A DNA stretch of 64,000 nucleotides from Lama glama (Eukaryota): positions 33,418,001-33,482,000 of the forward strand of contig CM052832.1 of the NCBI GenBank assembly GCA_028534125.1. Direction: 5' to 3'. The notes beneath the pieces were generated by a model. The model ran no database searches and was not told the origin of the DNA. It was given only the letters and a program-made list of their open reading frames with translations. The position numbers were made by a program, and so were the translations under genes. Below, piece after piece: positions 24,120 to 37,229 of this stretch (the first letter of the stretch is position 1; every line of letters starts with the position of its first letter).

Positions 24120-25154
24120 CTGTGGCATTTCAGAAGCCAGAAATAAACGTGATTCAGTATTTCAGACCTACTTAAATTGACAGGATCAGCAGAGTGAGGC
24201 ACAGATCCAGTCAAATCTCCTTCACTTTCTCACGTAATAAATCAAAACATGAAACCCTAACATTGCTCTCTTAGGAGCCCCCTTCCCAGAATTGTCCACG
24301 AGCCCCAGGGATTTGTGGTCCAAGGTGGAGACAGGGTCCTGGCCAAGGGCAGCTGGAGGGAACCCACGATCCCCGGGGCAGGGCTGTGCTGCAGGCGGGC
24401 CAGCACGACAGGCCCCCGGTCCTCAGGGAGGACAGGCCCCTTCCAAGCATTGCTTGCCACCGAAATACCCGAGTATTGGAGCCCCAAAGGGCAGCCCTTG
24501 GAGACACTCTTTCTTGTCACACACAGAGGCAGCTTCCAGAACACCGGCCACCCCTGCCCGCTCGGGCCCAGCAGCTCCCAGGGCAGACCTGCCGCCCCCT
24601 TCCCTCTGCGGGGCCACCGCAGGAGGGGTGGGTGGATTTTCCTTCCAAACCCCTAAACATAGGCACACGCTGCGGTCCCTCCCCGACATCCGCTTTCCAA
24701 GTTGAAGACCCTCCGGGGGCTCTGGCCCCCTCACTGCCGTCACACAGAGGCTTCTGCTGAGGACGGTGGCATCTCTCCAGCCACAGAGAGAACTCAGAGG
24801 TGGCAGGGACGCTCTGGCGCTTACATCTCCGATGCAGTGATGTGGTGAGCTGGAACGCGGGGGCAGGGGTGTGGGGATGGGCTAGCCAGGCAGGGCCTCA
24901 CCTCTGCTCCTGATGAGCTGGAAGTGCCTCCGGCCTCGGGGCTGCAAGGCCAGGCCGATGCCTCTGCGGCTCTGCAACAGCCCAGGTTCCCTCTCACAGG
25001 AAGGGCCACTCACGCCCCAGGAAGCCCCTGCACTCACCCTGGGGGCTGCTTCCAGCCATGCCATGGCTGGGTGCCCTCAGGTCACAGCACGTGGCCAGTG
25101 TAACTGGTGGGGGCCATGGCTGCAGAGGGACGGACGGGGACACACAGTGAGGCT

Positions 25155-25654
25155 NNNNNNNNNNNNNNNNNNNNNNNNNNNNNNNNNNNNNNNNNNNNNN
25201 NNNNNNNNNNNNNNNNNNNNNNNNNNNNNNNNNNNNNNNNNNNNNNNNNNNNNNNNNNNNNNNNNNNNNNNNNNNNNNNNNNNNNNNNNNNNNNNNNNNN
25301 NNNNNNNNNNNNNNNNNNNNNNNNNNNNNNNNNNNNNNNNNNNNNNNNNNNNNNNNNNNNNNNNNNNNNNNNNNNNNNNNNNNNNNNNNNNNNNNNNNNN
25401 NNNNNNNNNNNNNNNNNNNNNNNNNNNNNNNNNNNNNNNNNNNNNNNNNNNNNNNNNNNNNNNNNNNNNNNNNNNNNNNNNNNNNNNNNNNNNNNNNNNN
25501 NNNNNNNNNNNNNNNNNNNNNNNNNNNNNNNNNNNNNNNNNNNNNNNNNNNNNNNNNNNNNNNNNNNNNNNNNNNNNNNNNNNNNNNNNNNNNNNNNNNN
25601 NNNNNNNNNNNNNNNNNNNNNNNNNNNNNNNNNNNNNNNNNNNNNNNNNNNNNN
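25155..25654. other. Assembly gap (500 N)
   Basis: N run. Confidence 0.99.
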
Positions 25655-26299
25655 CACAGGCACTTCCTGTTACGAATGGGGTAGGAGCACCTCCTTGGAG
25701 TAGGGGGGCCAGCGTGCTCCCCCGACCCCGTCATCACTGCCAACTCAACCCTACCAGCCCCCTCATGGATTTTCTTCAAAGTGTGTCCAGATGGTTGTGA
25801 GCAAAACCTCTGCTTTAGCGTCTCCCTCACAGCTCGGGGAGGGAGACAGAGACGGATGGGGGACACTGGCCCTCTGGCCTTGCCCCCGCCTCCGCCGGGC
25901 GTCCCACTGGCTGGCAGAGGGGTGATGGATGGCGCCCCTGCCCGCGTGCGCAGGGGAGGCCGCCTTGGCCTGATCCCGTCCAGTTAGCAAATCAGGGGGA
26001 GCTGCCAAGACAAACAGCCGAGGTACGAAAGCGAGCAGCTCGCGGTCGCTGCCGCGTGACACGGACCCCCGACACGAGACGTCAAGGATGCTGCTTGGAA
26101 TAGCTCGGATGTCGAACATTCTTTCCCAGAGAAGGGATGGACAGCAGCCCTCTCCACGGCCCAGAGCCGTGGGGGAGACGCAGCCGGGCAGGCATGCACG
26201 TCCGGGGACTGGGGAGGGGACCGACTTCCGATGCAGCCGCATGGGGGTTGGGGGCAGCGCCCACTTCCCACCCATCCCCAGCCAACACTCCCCCCTCCC

Positions 26300-27330
26300 C
26301 AAGACAGCCTGGCTATTAATAGGCTGTGTCAAAAGAGCCCTTGTCTTTTATAATCGTTTTCATCTGGCTTAGGGAAAAGCAGCATGAAGTGTCGGGTGGG
26401 GCTCGGGCCAGCCGGCAGGTTTACGGAGCTCGGCCCGGAGCGTGGTAGCGGCTGACAGGCGGGCGGAGCGTGCTTTACGGTCTTTAAGCCTGTGCTGACA
26501 TGGAGGATTGGGGTGAGATTTATTCTCAGCTCAGGCCATCGCGCGGCACTGGAAACCCGTCATTACAAGCCAGATGACAACTGCAATGCCGTAATCACTT
26601 GGAGGAATATTTATTTGGTTCTTAAGTTTTTGGATGAATCTGGTTTTCAGAAAGTGAGGGCCCCCTAGGAAGTCAGACCATGCCATTATTACATCCAAAC
26701 CATTATGCAGTTGCTAGCCAATTATGTAATCCTATATGGGAAACACAAGCGGAGAGCGGGGTAAGCCCCTAGACGCGAAGGCTCGCTGCGACAGGCCCCC
26801 CCCCAACGCCATCTGCGGTTACAGCACACTCTCCATACTATTAATGGACCAAAAGAATCCAGGTCTCGTGAAGTCTGGTCAGCCTCACCAAGTCCCCGGG
26901 CCGCGGCGGCCGGGGGTCTGACAGAGCGACCGCATGCATTAGTCTTTCCCACTGAATTCCAGGTAATAAGCAAAGTAGAAATAGAGCTGGACGTTTTTAT
27001 TAAGCCCATTGTCAGCCTGGAGATTTCAATTAAGTTTCTATAAACACATCTTCTTTGTGCACTAAAGTCATCCCAAATGTTGACATTTCTGCTCTGCAGC
27101 AAGTAATGGCTCAGCATTAACGACGTTTACGCATGACTTTTTTTTTAATGGTTCTCGCGTCTCCAGATAAGTGAAGGATGTTGGACACAGATGACTGGTG
27201 TTTCTGTAAAATGCCATTTTGTAAATTTCTGTGAAATACGGCCTAGTGCTTCCTGCATCATCTTCCATTCATCCCGTCCCACTTAACTGTCTTGTTTTTC
27301 TTTCCTTTCCAGAACTCTTAGCAAGCATTT
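26300..27330. promoter_or_regulatory. Candidate conserved non-coding element / developmental enhancer block
   Basis: No repeat recognised, AT-richer than flanks, and dense in TAAT/ATTA, TGACAG, TTTACGG, TTTTATTA, CATTGT, TAAACA and TTTCCCAC motifs. Confidence 0.45.
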
Positions 27331-29561
27331 TTCTCTGATATTTTTTCCCCTCTGGAAAATCCATCATTTTCCGAGGAGACCAGAAACAAGGAGGCTGGTC
27401 TGAGGTGCAGCCCGCTCGCCCCAGAGTAGCCGGCCCACAGCTCCGCACCGTCGCGCGGCCTGGCCTCCGCGTGGGCAGGGCCCGCGCTGTGGAAATCCCG
27501 AGACGTTGCTTCTGTGGGCACGTTTCCAAGTGTCCCTCATGCTCCAGCAGCAATAATTCCTGTTTAGGTGAACATAAGCCGTGACCCTCTGCCCGCCTCT
27601 CTGGCGTGAACACGTCTGTGAGAGGGGAGAAGCAAGCCAGTGACAAGCTGTCCAGCGTGCGTGGGGACCCTGAGCCTTGGGGTGACCGTGCTGTGACTGC
27701 GATGCCAGAGAACCGGCTTCAGGCAGGAGGCAGACACTGGACCCCAACTTCCCGTCACCGACCGCGTCTGCCCTGGATTTGAGGAGTGGGCTTGTCACCC
27801 ACCCCACAGTTCACTCAGCAACTGCCACCTTGCAGGTTTTTGATTTTGTTACATTTGTGTATAACAGACTTCAAGACAAGAGGTTTTGAAAAAGAAAAAA
27901 AAGTCTTACTGCTGTGTTTTCTTCCAGGATGACCTGTACAAGGATTTCATTCCGTTTCTGAACCTATTTTAAAAGCATCCTTTTCTGAGCAGTAATCAAA
28001 GTGCTCCTGAGACGGCGTATGACGCTAGTGAATTAGGCAAAATGAGCCCATTGTGTTCTCTGGAGCCGGCACACCGGGCGATGGGCGGCACTGGCTCCCC
28101 ACCCGGGGGGCCTCCACCGGGTTCTCAGTGCGGCCCCCAGACCCACTCTGCATCCTTCTCCTGGCGCCTCTGGGCGGGGGGCTGGCTGGTACTGACCTGC
28201 CGTGGAGGGTGCTTGTTCCCCCAGAGACTCCTGGGGTCACGGTCGCTGGTGCTGTGGTCACAGACCCCCAGGCGGCCCTCCCCACAGGACACCCGGGCCC
28301 CTCCCGCTGAATGCAGACGGCCAGACGGCCATGCCTCGGGCTACTGCTTGTCACTTCCTTGTTCCCTCGACTTTGTAAACTGCCCCCTCATTAAATCTTC
28401 CTTAAAAGATCGTAATTTGAAGACGCCATGTATTTCCTGTGGAGACCCTGACTTCTAAAGGGAAGCCCTGGTCAAGCACGAAAGAAGCCACCACCACGTG
28501 TGGGGTTGTCCGGAGCCGTCTGTGGCACCGAAAGGACAGACCAGAGCAGTGCCCTTCCAGGCAGCCCGTTGGGGTCTCCACACCCGCGGGGTCTTCCCGG
28601 GAAGCTGTCGGAGCCTCACTCTTCTTAACTGGTCCACTCTCTCCAGCTGGTCACTGCAGGCCCCTCGGCTGGAGGGCTAGGGCGAGGGTCCCGGTGAGCG
28701 CTGTGTGTGGAACATGACCAGGGACACACCATCACCACAGCCCCCAGGTCAAGGCGCAGACGTCCCCACCCCGTCACCCCACCTCCGGGGCAGCCTGGAT
28801 GCTCGTTGTCAGCTGCACAGCTCCGTTCTGCCTGCTCGCGAGCTGCCGTAGAAGGATCACATGCAGGAGCCCTTCCGTGCCCGGCTTTGCTTCTGCTCCA
28901 CGTCGCGTTGTGAGACTCACGCACGCTGTTGCTTGTGTTCACCTCCGCTGTGGACCGGCCTCCACTCCGCGAACACGCCACAGGGTGTTTATCCGTCCTC
29001 TCCCAGAAGGGCTCTTGCGCTGCTTCCAGGGCGGGTGTGAAACAGGCTGTTGTGAGCACGTCACCGCGTCCTCTGCCGAACACACCGTGTGTTCATGTCC
29101 GGAGTCGGGGGCCTCTGACCCACGCTCCCCGCTGATCAGTGCTGTTCGGGGCAGACAGGAAAAGAGGTCTGGGGCAAGGAGTGGGGTCAGCACTGTGCCG
29201 TGTGACTCTGAGACCCACCCGGGGTGCCGGGCCGGAGGTTGCCCAGACCTTACCGCCACCCTGTGCCGCCCGGGCGTGGCCTGAGCGCTGGCAGGGCGGG
29301 GGTGCCCGTATCAAGTGGACCAGGAGAACATGCCTCTTACTCTGCCCCACCCGACACAGGAAGACACAGGCCCAGGCGTCTCATTGCGACAGCCCTGCGA
29401 GGTCTCTGCCCGGCGAGGGGTCCTAAGTGGGAAGTGACTGCCGTGCCCCGTGGCTACCGGCGTAGGATGCTTAAAGGCTGCTGCTAATCCCCCTCACTGG
29501 TGTTTCGCCTCCGACTTCTCACTTAATCGGGGCTGTGACCAACGTAGTCACGGTTCTAACT

Positions 29562-29985
29562 CCCTGCATCCGTTTCCCAGGCCTGCCGTTACGAACATCC
29601 TCAGAGTGAGCGGCTTGGAAGAACACGAATTTGTTCTCTCTCCATTCTGGAGGCTGGGAGTCTGGAGTCTAGGTGTCTGAGGGCTGGTTTCTCCTGAAGG
29701 CTCCGAGGGAGAGTCTACCTCTGCTGGGGGTTGCGGGCGACCCTCGGCCATCCTGGGCTCGTAGCCACGCACCTGGAGTCTGTCTCCATCTCCAGCGGCG
29801 TGCCTGTGTCGTTTCCCCTCCTTAGTCACCAGCCGTACTGGGCGTAGGGCCCGCCCTCCCCACCTTCCCCACCCCCCCAGTTGCACCCTTCTCACTGGGC
29901 CACACCTGCAAAGACCCTCTGTCCCAACAGGTCAGTCACAGGCTCAAGCGGACGTGACCCTGGGGCACATTTTCCAGCCCAGCGC
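29562..29985 (-). mobile_element. MaLR LTR (MLT1C/D/E-like)
   Basis: 'tttcccaggcctgccgttacgaaca...ggcttggaagaacacgaatttgttctctctccattctggaggctgggagtctggagtctaggtgtc..gggctggtttctcctgaaggctccgagggagagtct...cacctgcaaagaccctctgtcccaacaggtca'. Confidence 0.85.
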
Positions 29986-32932
29986 CCTCTGTGATTTTCC
30001 CCACAACCTGAAGCTGGCGCACACATTTTCCTCCCACGTGTCCAGGAGCACAGTTCTTGCTGCCGTGGAAGGAACGCGGCGAGCCTGTAACAAGCCTCGA
30101 CTGGGAGCAGAAGTGTGAGACCCTCGGGACTCACGGAGCTCTCTTGCCGTAACTCAGGAGACAAGGGAGCCTGGAAGACGGCTTCTGGAGGTGCTGGCCG
30201 CGCTTCCGCAGCACAAGGAACTCACTGACACACCTGGGTGGGGCGTCCAGACGAGGCGGGAAGGGACCTGCTCCTCACCGGGAAGAAATGGGGTCCCCCT
30301 ACTTCCAGGGCTCACCAGCGCCCCCAGTGGCCCAGATGCTGACAGCTCCGGGGGTCCCGTGCGCCTCCCGGCTCGCATCCCTGACGCACGGTTCTCGCTG
30401 TCGTGCGTTTCCTCTGTAAATCATTCTTGTCGGATCGCGCCCAGCGCGGCCTCATGTGACGCAGTCACAGGACGGCCCGTGGGTGGGAGTCGGGGGAAGG
30501 CCGTCCGACTCTGTGGAGCAGCGTCCCCCCACCCATGGTGCAGAGCAGGCCCGAGCAGGCCGAGGTGCGGCTCGAAGGCCTCTGGGCAGCGGGGAGGGGT
30601 CCAGCTAACAGGAGGACCCACCACACCACCGCTCCTGGCCTCTCCCCATCAGCGTGACCTCGCGGCCCGGAACTGGCAAGCCTGGTGACATTAGGGTGAC
30701 TCTCTTGGTCAGCCATGGCAAAGGGACTTTCGATTACAAGTGATTTGAATAATAACCAAAATAGAGAACTTTGGAGAGTCTCAATCTATGACGTGTATTT
30801 TTATTCCATAAGAAGTCACCGCAGACCATTCGGCCCCAAAGAAATGCATCATCGCGTGTGCTCAGAAGTGCCCAACTCGGGCTGTGACTGTGAACGGCGT
30901 GTTTCTCACACTTAGTGTGAGACACGGGAGCTGAGGAACTGAAGGCAGTTCGCCCTGCGGTGTAACACCCACAGCTGAGGGCAAAATCCACAGCCAAGCT
31001 CAGCTCAGAGCAGAGCTTGTTTTCATAAAATGGTTCTTTTAAAAGCAGAAACTGAAAAACGGCGGTCAGTTTGGGTCGGATGCTTGAGTAGAATGTGGCC
31101 GTTCCCTGAAAATTCTTGAGAGGCCGAGGTTTCTGTGAGAGTCGCACATTTAACAAGTGAATTATTTTCTGTTCTGTAAACAGCGTTTGCTCAGGTGCTG
31201 CCCCGACCGTGAGGAAGACTGCTCGGCCTGCGGACTCCGTTCTGACTTCCACACGCGGATGTCTGCACCCTAGATTCCTCCGTGGGTGCTGAAGTCCAGA
31301 AAGGGGTGGCAGAGACGTCACGGAAGTAGACATGAGGAAGAAGCTATTGTGCAGAAACCCCTCCGTGTGTCACCCGTTTTGGGGGAAGCTGCATCTGCCC
31401 CACAGCGAGCTCCTGAAACCAGCACACGACAGGGACACAGGGGACCACCAGGAACGACCCAGGAGCCCCGCGTCGGGCACCGCGCCAGGCAGCTCCTGCG
31501 TCAGCGGAAGCGTGGGCTGCTCCGCTGCTTGGACACCATGAACTGTTCACGCAAGTTTCGAGGCCATTTATCCTCAAGCTCAGCTCATGGGGCGTTTACG
31601 CCGGAGACACGGGGGGCTCCCAGCCCTGGGGGCACGGGGCATCCAGAACCAGCCACCGTGGTGCACGCTGGGCTGTAATACGTTCACCAGTGGGAGTGAC
31701 CGACCAGGGTTTAGTGTTTGTTTATTGTTGCTGGACTCACAGAGTCAAGTTCACGGACGCAAGTGTACGTTTGCTGCGACTCTGTTTTAGGCCGATACTC
31801 ACTTCTGCGTGGTGACGCAGGAAGCTGTGTGCTACCTGCACGCACGCGTGCTAGGTCTGTGGGTTTTGCAGAAATGAATGAACAGACCCGTCTGTGGTTA
31901 TGGGTTTAACAAGCTTCTCGGTGGCAGAAGCACATCTAGAATGACAGCTATTGAACTTAAATAAATCATGAGTTTGGGGAAGCTCTAAACCTGCAGACTA
32001 TGAACTATGAACTTTTAAAGACGTGTTTTGTGAAAGGTTATGTTACTGCAAGCTGGAGGCAAGCAAGAGCTAGAGAGATGTCATCGGCCCAAAGTAACGG
32101 GACTGACCAGCTGCTGGAGACAGAGGGGTCACGGGAAGGTGGACAGACAACAGACAGACGTTAAGTATTGGCTTCTGTTACTGGGTGGTGGGATATAAAA
32201 TACACCGAAAGGTAATTTATTTTTAACAGAGATTATTTTCATATACCAAATAAATAATAATAAGTTATGATCAACAGAGGAAGCCCAGCAAAGGTTTCTA
32301 GCAAATGTAAATTAAAATGAAACGAATAAAAGGCATAGAGATAACTGCAGTCATTTATTTTAAAATATTGCCACCTTACAGCAAAATATTATGAATCATA
32401 TACGATTTTAAACAAATTCCTCATGGAAGCAGGTGGTGGCCTCGTGGTCCTTACAGAATTCCCTGCCCCCAGGTGGCCGCGGGAGGACCGCACGCTTGTG
32501 TGAGGTTTTAACCCTTTCTGAGGATGCTCATTTCCTTCCTGCCGCCAAGCCTGTGCCCACCCTTCTCCCCTGGAGAAGACGGCCCGTCGTCAGAGCCGGT
32601 CAGGGGAACGCGTGAGGCCCGTCATGTGGGGACAGGAAACCAAATGATCAAAAACACCTCCTTGAGTCTGTAACACTGCAGTTTTGTTCAGGAGACAGAG
32701 AGCAAAGTGAGCTTCGCATCGCAGGGAGGTGCGGCCGCAGGGCCCGCCCCGCCCCGCGCCGCGCCACCGGGACCGGAGTTGGGCAGGGCGCAAGGACGGG
32801 TAACACTTCCCAGGGACAGGGCGTCCGCGAGCACAGCTGGTTTGCCACAGAGAGGGCGACACAAGGACCCAGCTTGTCAGACACCCATGCAGCTCGCCGC
32901 GGTCCGTCATGGAGACCAGGACCCGGCCCCAC

Positions 32933-32989
32933 CACACGTGCGCACACACACCTGCGCACACACACGTGCGCACACGTGCACGTGCACAC
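32933..32989. repeat. Degenerate (CA)n / alternating purine-pyrimidine tract
   Basis: cacacgtgcgcacacacacctgcgcacacacacgtgcgcacacgtgcacgtgcacac. Confidence 0.85.
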
Positions 32990-33557
32990 CCTCCCTCTCA
33001 CTCGCACTGGCTCCGGCTTCCCCTCAGCCGCACACGCAGCCCCGCAGCCCGGCCGTGCTCCTGCCGGTGCTCGGCAGGGGCGTGGCTGGGGCGGCACAGG
33101 GGAGGCGGACACGGTCCTCATCAAACACGCCAAAACCCTGGCCCACGGCAAACGCGGTGACAGCGAGGCCACCGCCAGCCTCGCCCACGCGCCCTCCTCC
33201 CGCTGCCACTCCGGGACTCCCCCGGGATGCGCACGGCCGGACAGAGCGGGCTGCAAGAGTCTAGGTCGAGACCATGGCCTCGTTTCCCTTCTGAACCAAA
33301 GGAGTCTGAATCCAGGTCTCCAGAGGGGAGAGCCTGCCAGCAACTCCCCTACAGTAAACGTGCCACGTCCGCTGCAGGCACGCGTTCCGGGAACAGGAGG
33401 GAGCGCAGCCCAACCCACCAGGCGCTGGAGCCCGGAGCTGGCCCTGGGGGGGCTCTTGTGGACTCTTGTGGACTCGTTTATTTGCAGCCCTGGGTTCCCT
33501 TCTTCCGCCCAAGCCAGAGCAAGGGTCAAGGACACCCAGTGCACATTCCTGCCATAC

Positions 33558-33662
33558 TTCTCATCCATGCAGAGCTCAGAAGCACCAGCAGTCTTGCGGG
33601 AAAGCCACTTCTCCGGAGACTTCTGACCCGGTTTCTCAGCCACCGTGGTCTGGAGTTTCTGC
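33558..33662 (-). CDS. Candidate exon E2 (105 nt) of a hypothetical minus-strand gene
   Basis: ttatctaaaatccag|GCAGAA...GAGAA|gtatgg. Phase 2-2 reading QKLQTTVAEKPGQKSPEKWLSRKTAGASELCMDE. Splice sites are weak and a second frame is also open. Confidence 0.17.
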
Positions 33663-35379
33663 CTGGATTTTAGATAAGGTCCTAGTTCTGGTTACTTAGC
33701 TGCTCAGATTTCACATTTCTCTCAGGTTCACATCAATCGTTCCAAGAGACAAGCCAAACATTTCACAGAACAAAATTTGTTGGTTTTTTAGCATATCTTT
33801 GGTCTGAATTTATAAGACTTCCACGTCTTTGAGGAAAAACACGAATCTACTGACAAAGGCCTCTCTCTCTCTCGTAATCTGAAGCCTGCAGTCACCACCA
33901 CCGCAGACTCTAACACGGAACTGCTAAACGAAATGTGCTTCGGACAAAATGTATGGGAAACCGCAGAAATGAAGACAATTAGGGTAAATAGGATCCAGCG
34001 ATCAAACATAGCTAATTTGTATCCATAATGTTTGGGAGTTACACAGTCGGCTTCAATCTGAAAGATGTCTTCCAGACCACACTGTTTTTTCTCCCAGGGG
34101 GACCGCCTTTTGCTTTTAATTATTGAACCTTAAGAATTCTTGCTATAATTTGGGGTTAGCTGGTAACTTCTCAAGAAGAAGAAAAAATCCAGCCCCTAAA
34201 CCCTTCCATGTCCCAGTAACAGGCTTCTGTGGCCCAGGCCCCATCAATTAACTGCAGTTTTCAGAGGCGGTGGCAGAGGCGGGAGGGGGAGGAGGGAAAC
34301 CCAGCTCACGGCGAGCGTGGTCCCAAACAGCAGACGATGAGTGGACACCCCTTGGCAAAGAGCCTTGGCGAAATAGGATGTATAAGAAACGGCTCAGAAA
34401 TGGAGTATGCAGGGAGAAAACAGAGAGCTCTCAATGACAGAGTTCGTCCTCCTGCTTGAAGAGATTTTGAGCTTTCCTGTGGCAAACAGGAGTCTGACCC
34501 CGTCACCCTCCCTCGAGGAGCTGAGTTCTGAGGCCGCACCCTCCTAGCACTGCCGATCCTGGTGTGGGAGGGGGCCGGGCCCTTGGCCCCACTCAGGGGA
34601 CAGTGGTGTACAGGGCCCTATGACAGGCTGCCATTCATCCTACAGCCCGGGCCTGAGCGCTGGTGGCAGCTGGCCTCACTGTCCCTGGACGTAAGGAGGG
34701 GTTACAGCCTAACTGAGTCCAGGTCGTTTCACACACACACACCCCCTCTGGGAGCCAGTGACCGGCTGAACCAGCCATGCCTTTTACTGCCCGTATCTGA
34801 TACTCGGACAACCCAGGGCCTCGTCAACCGGGAGACCAGGTTGGGCCAGTGCCTAGAGACAGGAAAGGACTTGCCCACAAGTGGACCAACCCAGCCAGAC
34901 CCCACACCCCCAGCCCTGTCCTGACGAGGGCCGCACACTCCAGGCACTGTCCACCCACCCCAGTCACCGCAGGGCCGGGGACCAGCCCCACTGCAGTGCC
35001 TCAGCCTGGCCAGCCCGAGCCTGCGTGTCCTGCCTCACCTGTTCCTCCCCCAGAACAACAGCAAGGGCTCTTGGCCACGTCCCCCTCTGCCTCCGGGCCA
35101 CCCCGGCGCCTGCCCAGGAGGCTCTGCGTGCCCTGGTGAGGCCCCTCCTCCGGGGACTGAGAGGAGCAGACTGGTTTCTCAGTGGCAGCTGTGTCTTGAC
35201 CCGTTGGCCTCACCATACTTGAATAATAATAAAACCTCTATTTTAAAACAGGCCTTTCCATCCAGAGACACCAACGACCTAGGAATTCCTTCTTAAGAAG
35301 AACAGGTTCATTTTTTAGAAAACCAACCATACAAGGAACAACTGCATTCCAAATTCTTAAAACTAAAATACTTTCTATC

Positions 35380-36210
35380 AAATTGGAAATCCAAAACATA
35401 CGTCTATGCAGGAGGGTGTTGCAGGAGAGTGGGCACTCTCAAGACAGCTGTGGGACTGGCGGTGAGGACTTTCCCGTGAGGCTATTTGGCAAAAGTATTT
35501 GAGGACTTGGAAATGTGCGTACTCTTTGACCCAAAGTACAGATTCTGCTCTGAGGTCTATATCCTAGGGAAAAAGAACGGTAAGATTTAGTAAAATGATT
35601 TTCCCAGGAGAACGGTTTGTCTGCAAAGAGCTGGGGGCAGATGGTTCACAACAACTAAATACCAAGTAACCGACGGCTGGCTGCCCAAGAACCACGCACA
35701 CAGGACGAGGGGTGCTGTTCTGCTGTTTAAAACGAGGGTGTGTTTTTACGTATTTACGTAGAAAAACGTTCACTTGATTTTAAACTAAGAAAAAAATATT
35801 ACAGAGTAGCAGGTATAAACTGATGACAATGTAGTAACCATATTTAAATACAGAGTATCTCCATTAAAGATATCAAGACTCTATTACTGTATGTTCTGAC
35901 AAGTAGGAAACCGGTGTTAACCAGTATCTGCTCTGAATGTCTTGACATCACAAACCCCCACCTCCAGCACCCCGGCGGCGCAGAGAGAAACGTCGGCGCC
36001 GGGGTGTCTGCGGAAAAGTTTTGGAGCCCTGGGGCAGGTATCCAGGGACAGGAGGGTGTGTGCGAGCGTGTGCGAGGTGTGAGCGCTGGTCGTCTCCGGG
36101 TGATGAGATCATGGTGCCTTTAAACTCTCTTCGTTTTGTTTATTTGTATGTGCACGGTTTCTACAATGAACATGTCTCTTTAGTATTAAGAAAGACACAC
36201 TTTGAAATCA
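35380..36210 (+). mobile_element. Ancient L1ME ORF2 C-terminus and 3' UTR fragments
   Basis: 'ggagggtgttgcaggagagtgggcactctcaagacagctgtggga...tatttggcaaaag...gaaatgtgcgtactctttgacccaaag..ctctgaggtctatatcctaggga' ~ GCGEKGTL..CWW..W..LPYDPAIPLLGIYP; 3' end 'ttctacaatgaacatgt'. Confidence 0.65.
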
Positions 36211-36499
36211 GGCTTTCCTGAGGTACAGGTGGAAAGGCCAGCTCAAGGCCGCATGGACACACCTCACCCACAGAACACACTGTCCCATTTCTAGGGGTAC
36301 CAGGAGCCCTCCGGGTCACTGGGTACAACTCAGACCACAAGGGCTGACGGCCTGATGAGCTGAGTGACTGGATTTTCCAGCCCAAAGAACAGGGCCAACG
36401 AGCCTGCCTTTTGGAAGTAAGACTGTCCCAGAGGAGGGCGACCGTGTAGTTGCCAAATGAGTCTAGTCCGAAAACAGTGAAGACCCACAAGCCCCAGAC

Positions 36500-36630
36500 A
36501 GCTGTGGGTCAGACTCCACGGACCAGCTGCACAAGTTAACTACCCTAAGCCTCAGTTTCCACACCTGCAAAATGGGGATAACACCCATTTTGCTTTATAG
36601 AGATGCTGTGAAAACCACACCCATGAGGCG
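36500..36630 (+). mobile_element. MIR SINE
   Basis: 'acaagttaactaccctaagcctcagtttccacacctgcaaaatggggataac...atagagatgctgtga'. Confidence 0.85.
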
Positions 36631-37229
36631 GCCGGGTCAGCACCCTGTCCCCGTTTCTGTAAGCCGTTCCATACCTCCCTGACCAAACCATGAGCACCCG
36701 ATGGAGCGGTCCAGCCCCTGCCAGACACTTGCATCTTCACTGTGTAATTTAGAATTATTATTTCCATTAACAACAGTTTCCAGAGCACCTGGGGGTCCAA
36801 GCATTTGTATCTGTACAGAGCTCTCCACAGTCTTATCTGATCACCCGAATTTCCTACGAACTACACCCCAGTGCTTTCACAGAGTAGGCTTGCTCGAGCC
36901 AGCAGAGAGACTTGTGCCAGGCCTTCCGAATCACAGACGTGGGCCCCTGGCAGAAGCGGGCTGTTTCAGCTCTGCTCTGGCCCCGGGACCGGACCGCACG
37001 GATTGCGTTCTCCCACCTCTCCTTGCGCGGCTCGGGAACTGTCACGTGTCTCGCAGAACTGCCTCGTCTTACAGCTCTGCAGACACGGGCCGTTTGTTTG
37101 GATTACTGGCCAGGAGTGGGAAACAGCAGACACTGTAAACTCATCAGGGTTCAAATTTCCAAACTTTGGGGGCTGGCACCTGAGTTTCTTCCCCGTGTCT
37201 GCTGGCGCTTACCCCGAGGGCAAGGCTGG

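Noticed and set aside
24913-25866. Long ORFs of ~290 aa (also those at 11.2-12.4, 44.4-45.0 and 63.4-63.7 kb)
   Set aside because: Artefacts of reading through N-gaps.
32648-33643. 331-aa minus ORF and overlapping 250/185-aa plus ORFs
   Set aside because: Arg/Pro/Ala/Gly-rich, open on both strands, crosses a microsatellite; expected by chance in very GC-rich DNA and no domain recognised.
33816-33983. Plus-strand exon-like frame FHVFEEKHESTDKG...WETAEMKTIR|gtaaat
   Set aside because: Poor acceptor, no phase-linked partners found, and opposite to the L1-inferred transcription direction. It shows such candidates can arise by chance.
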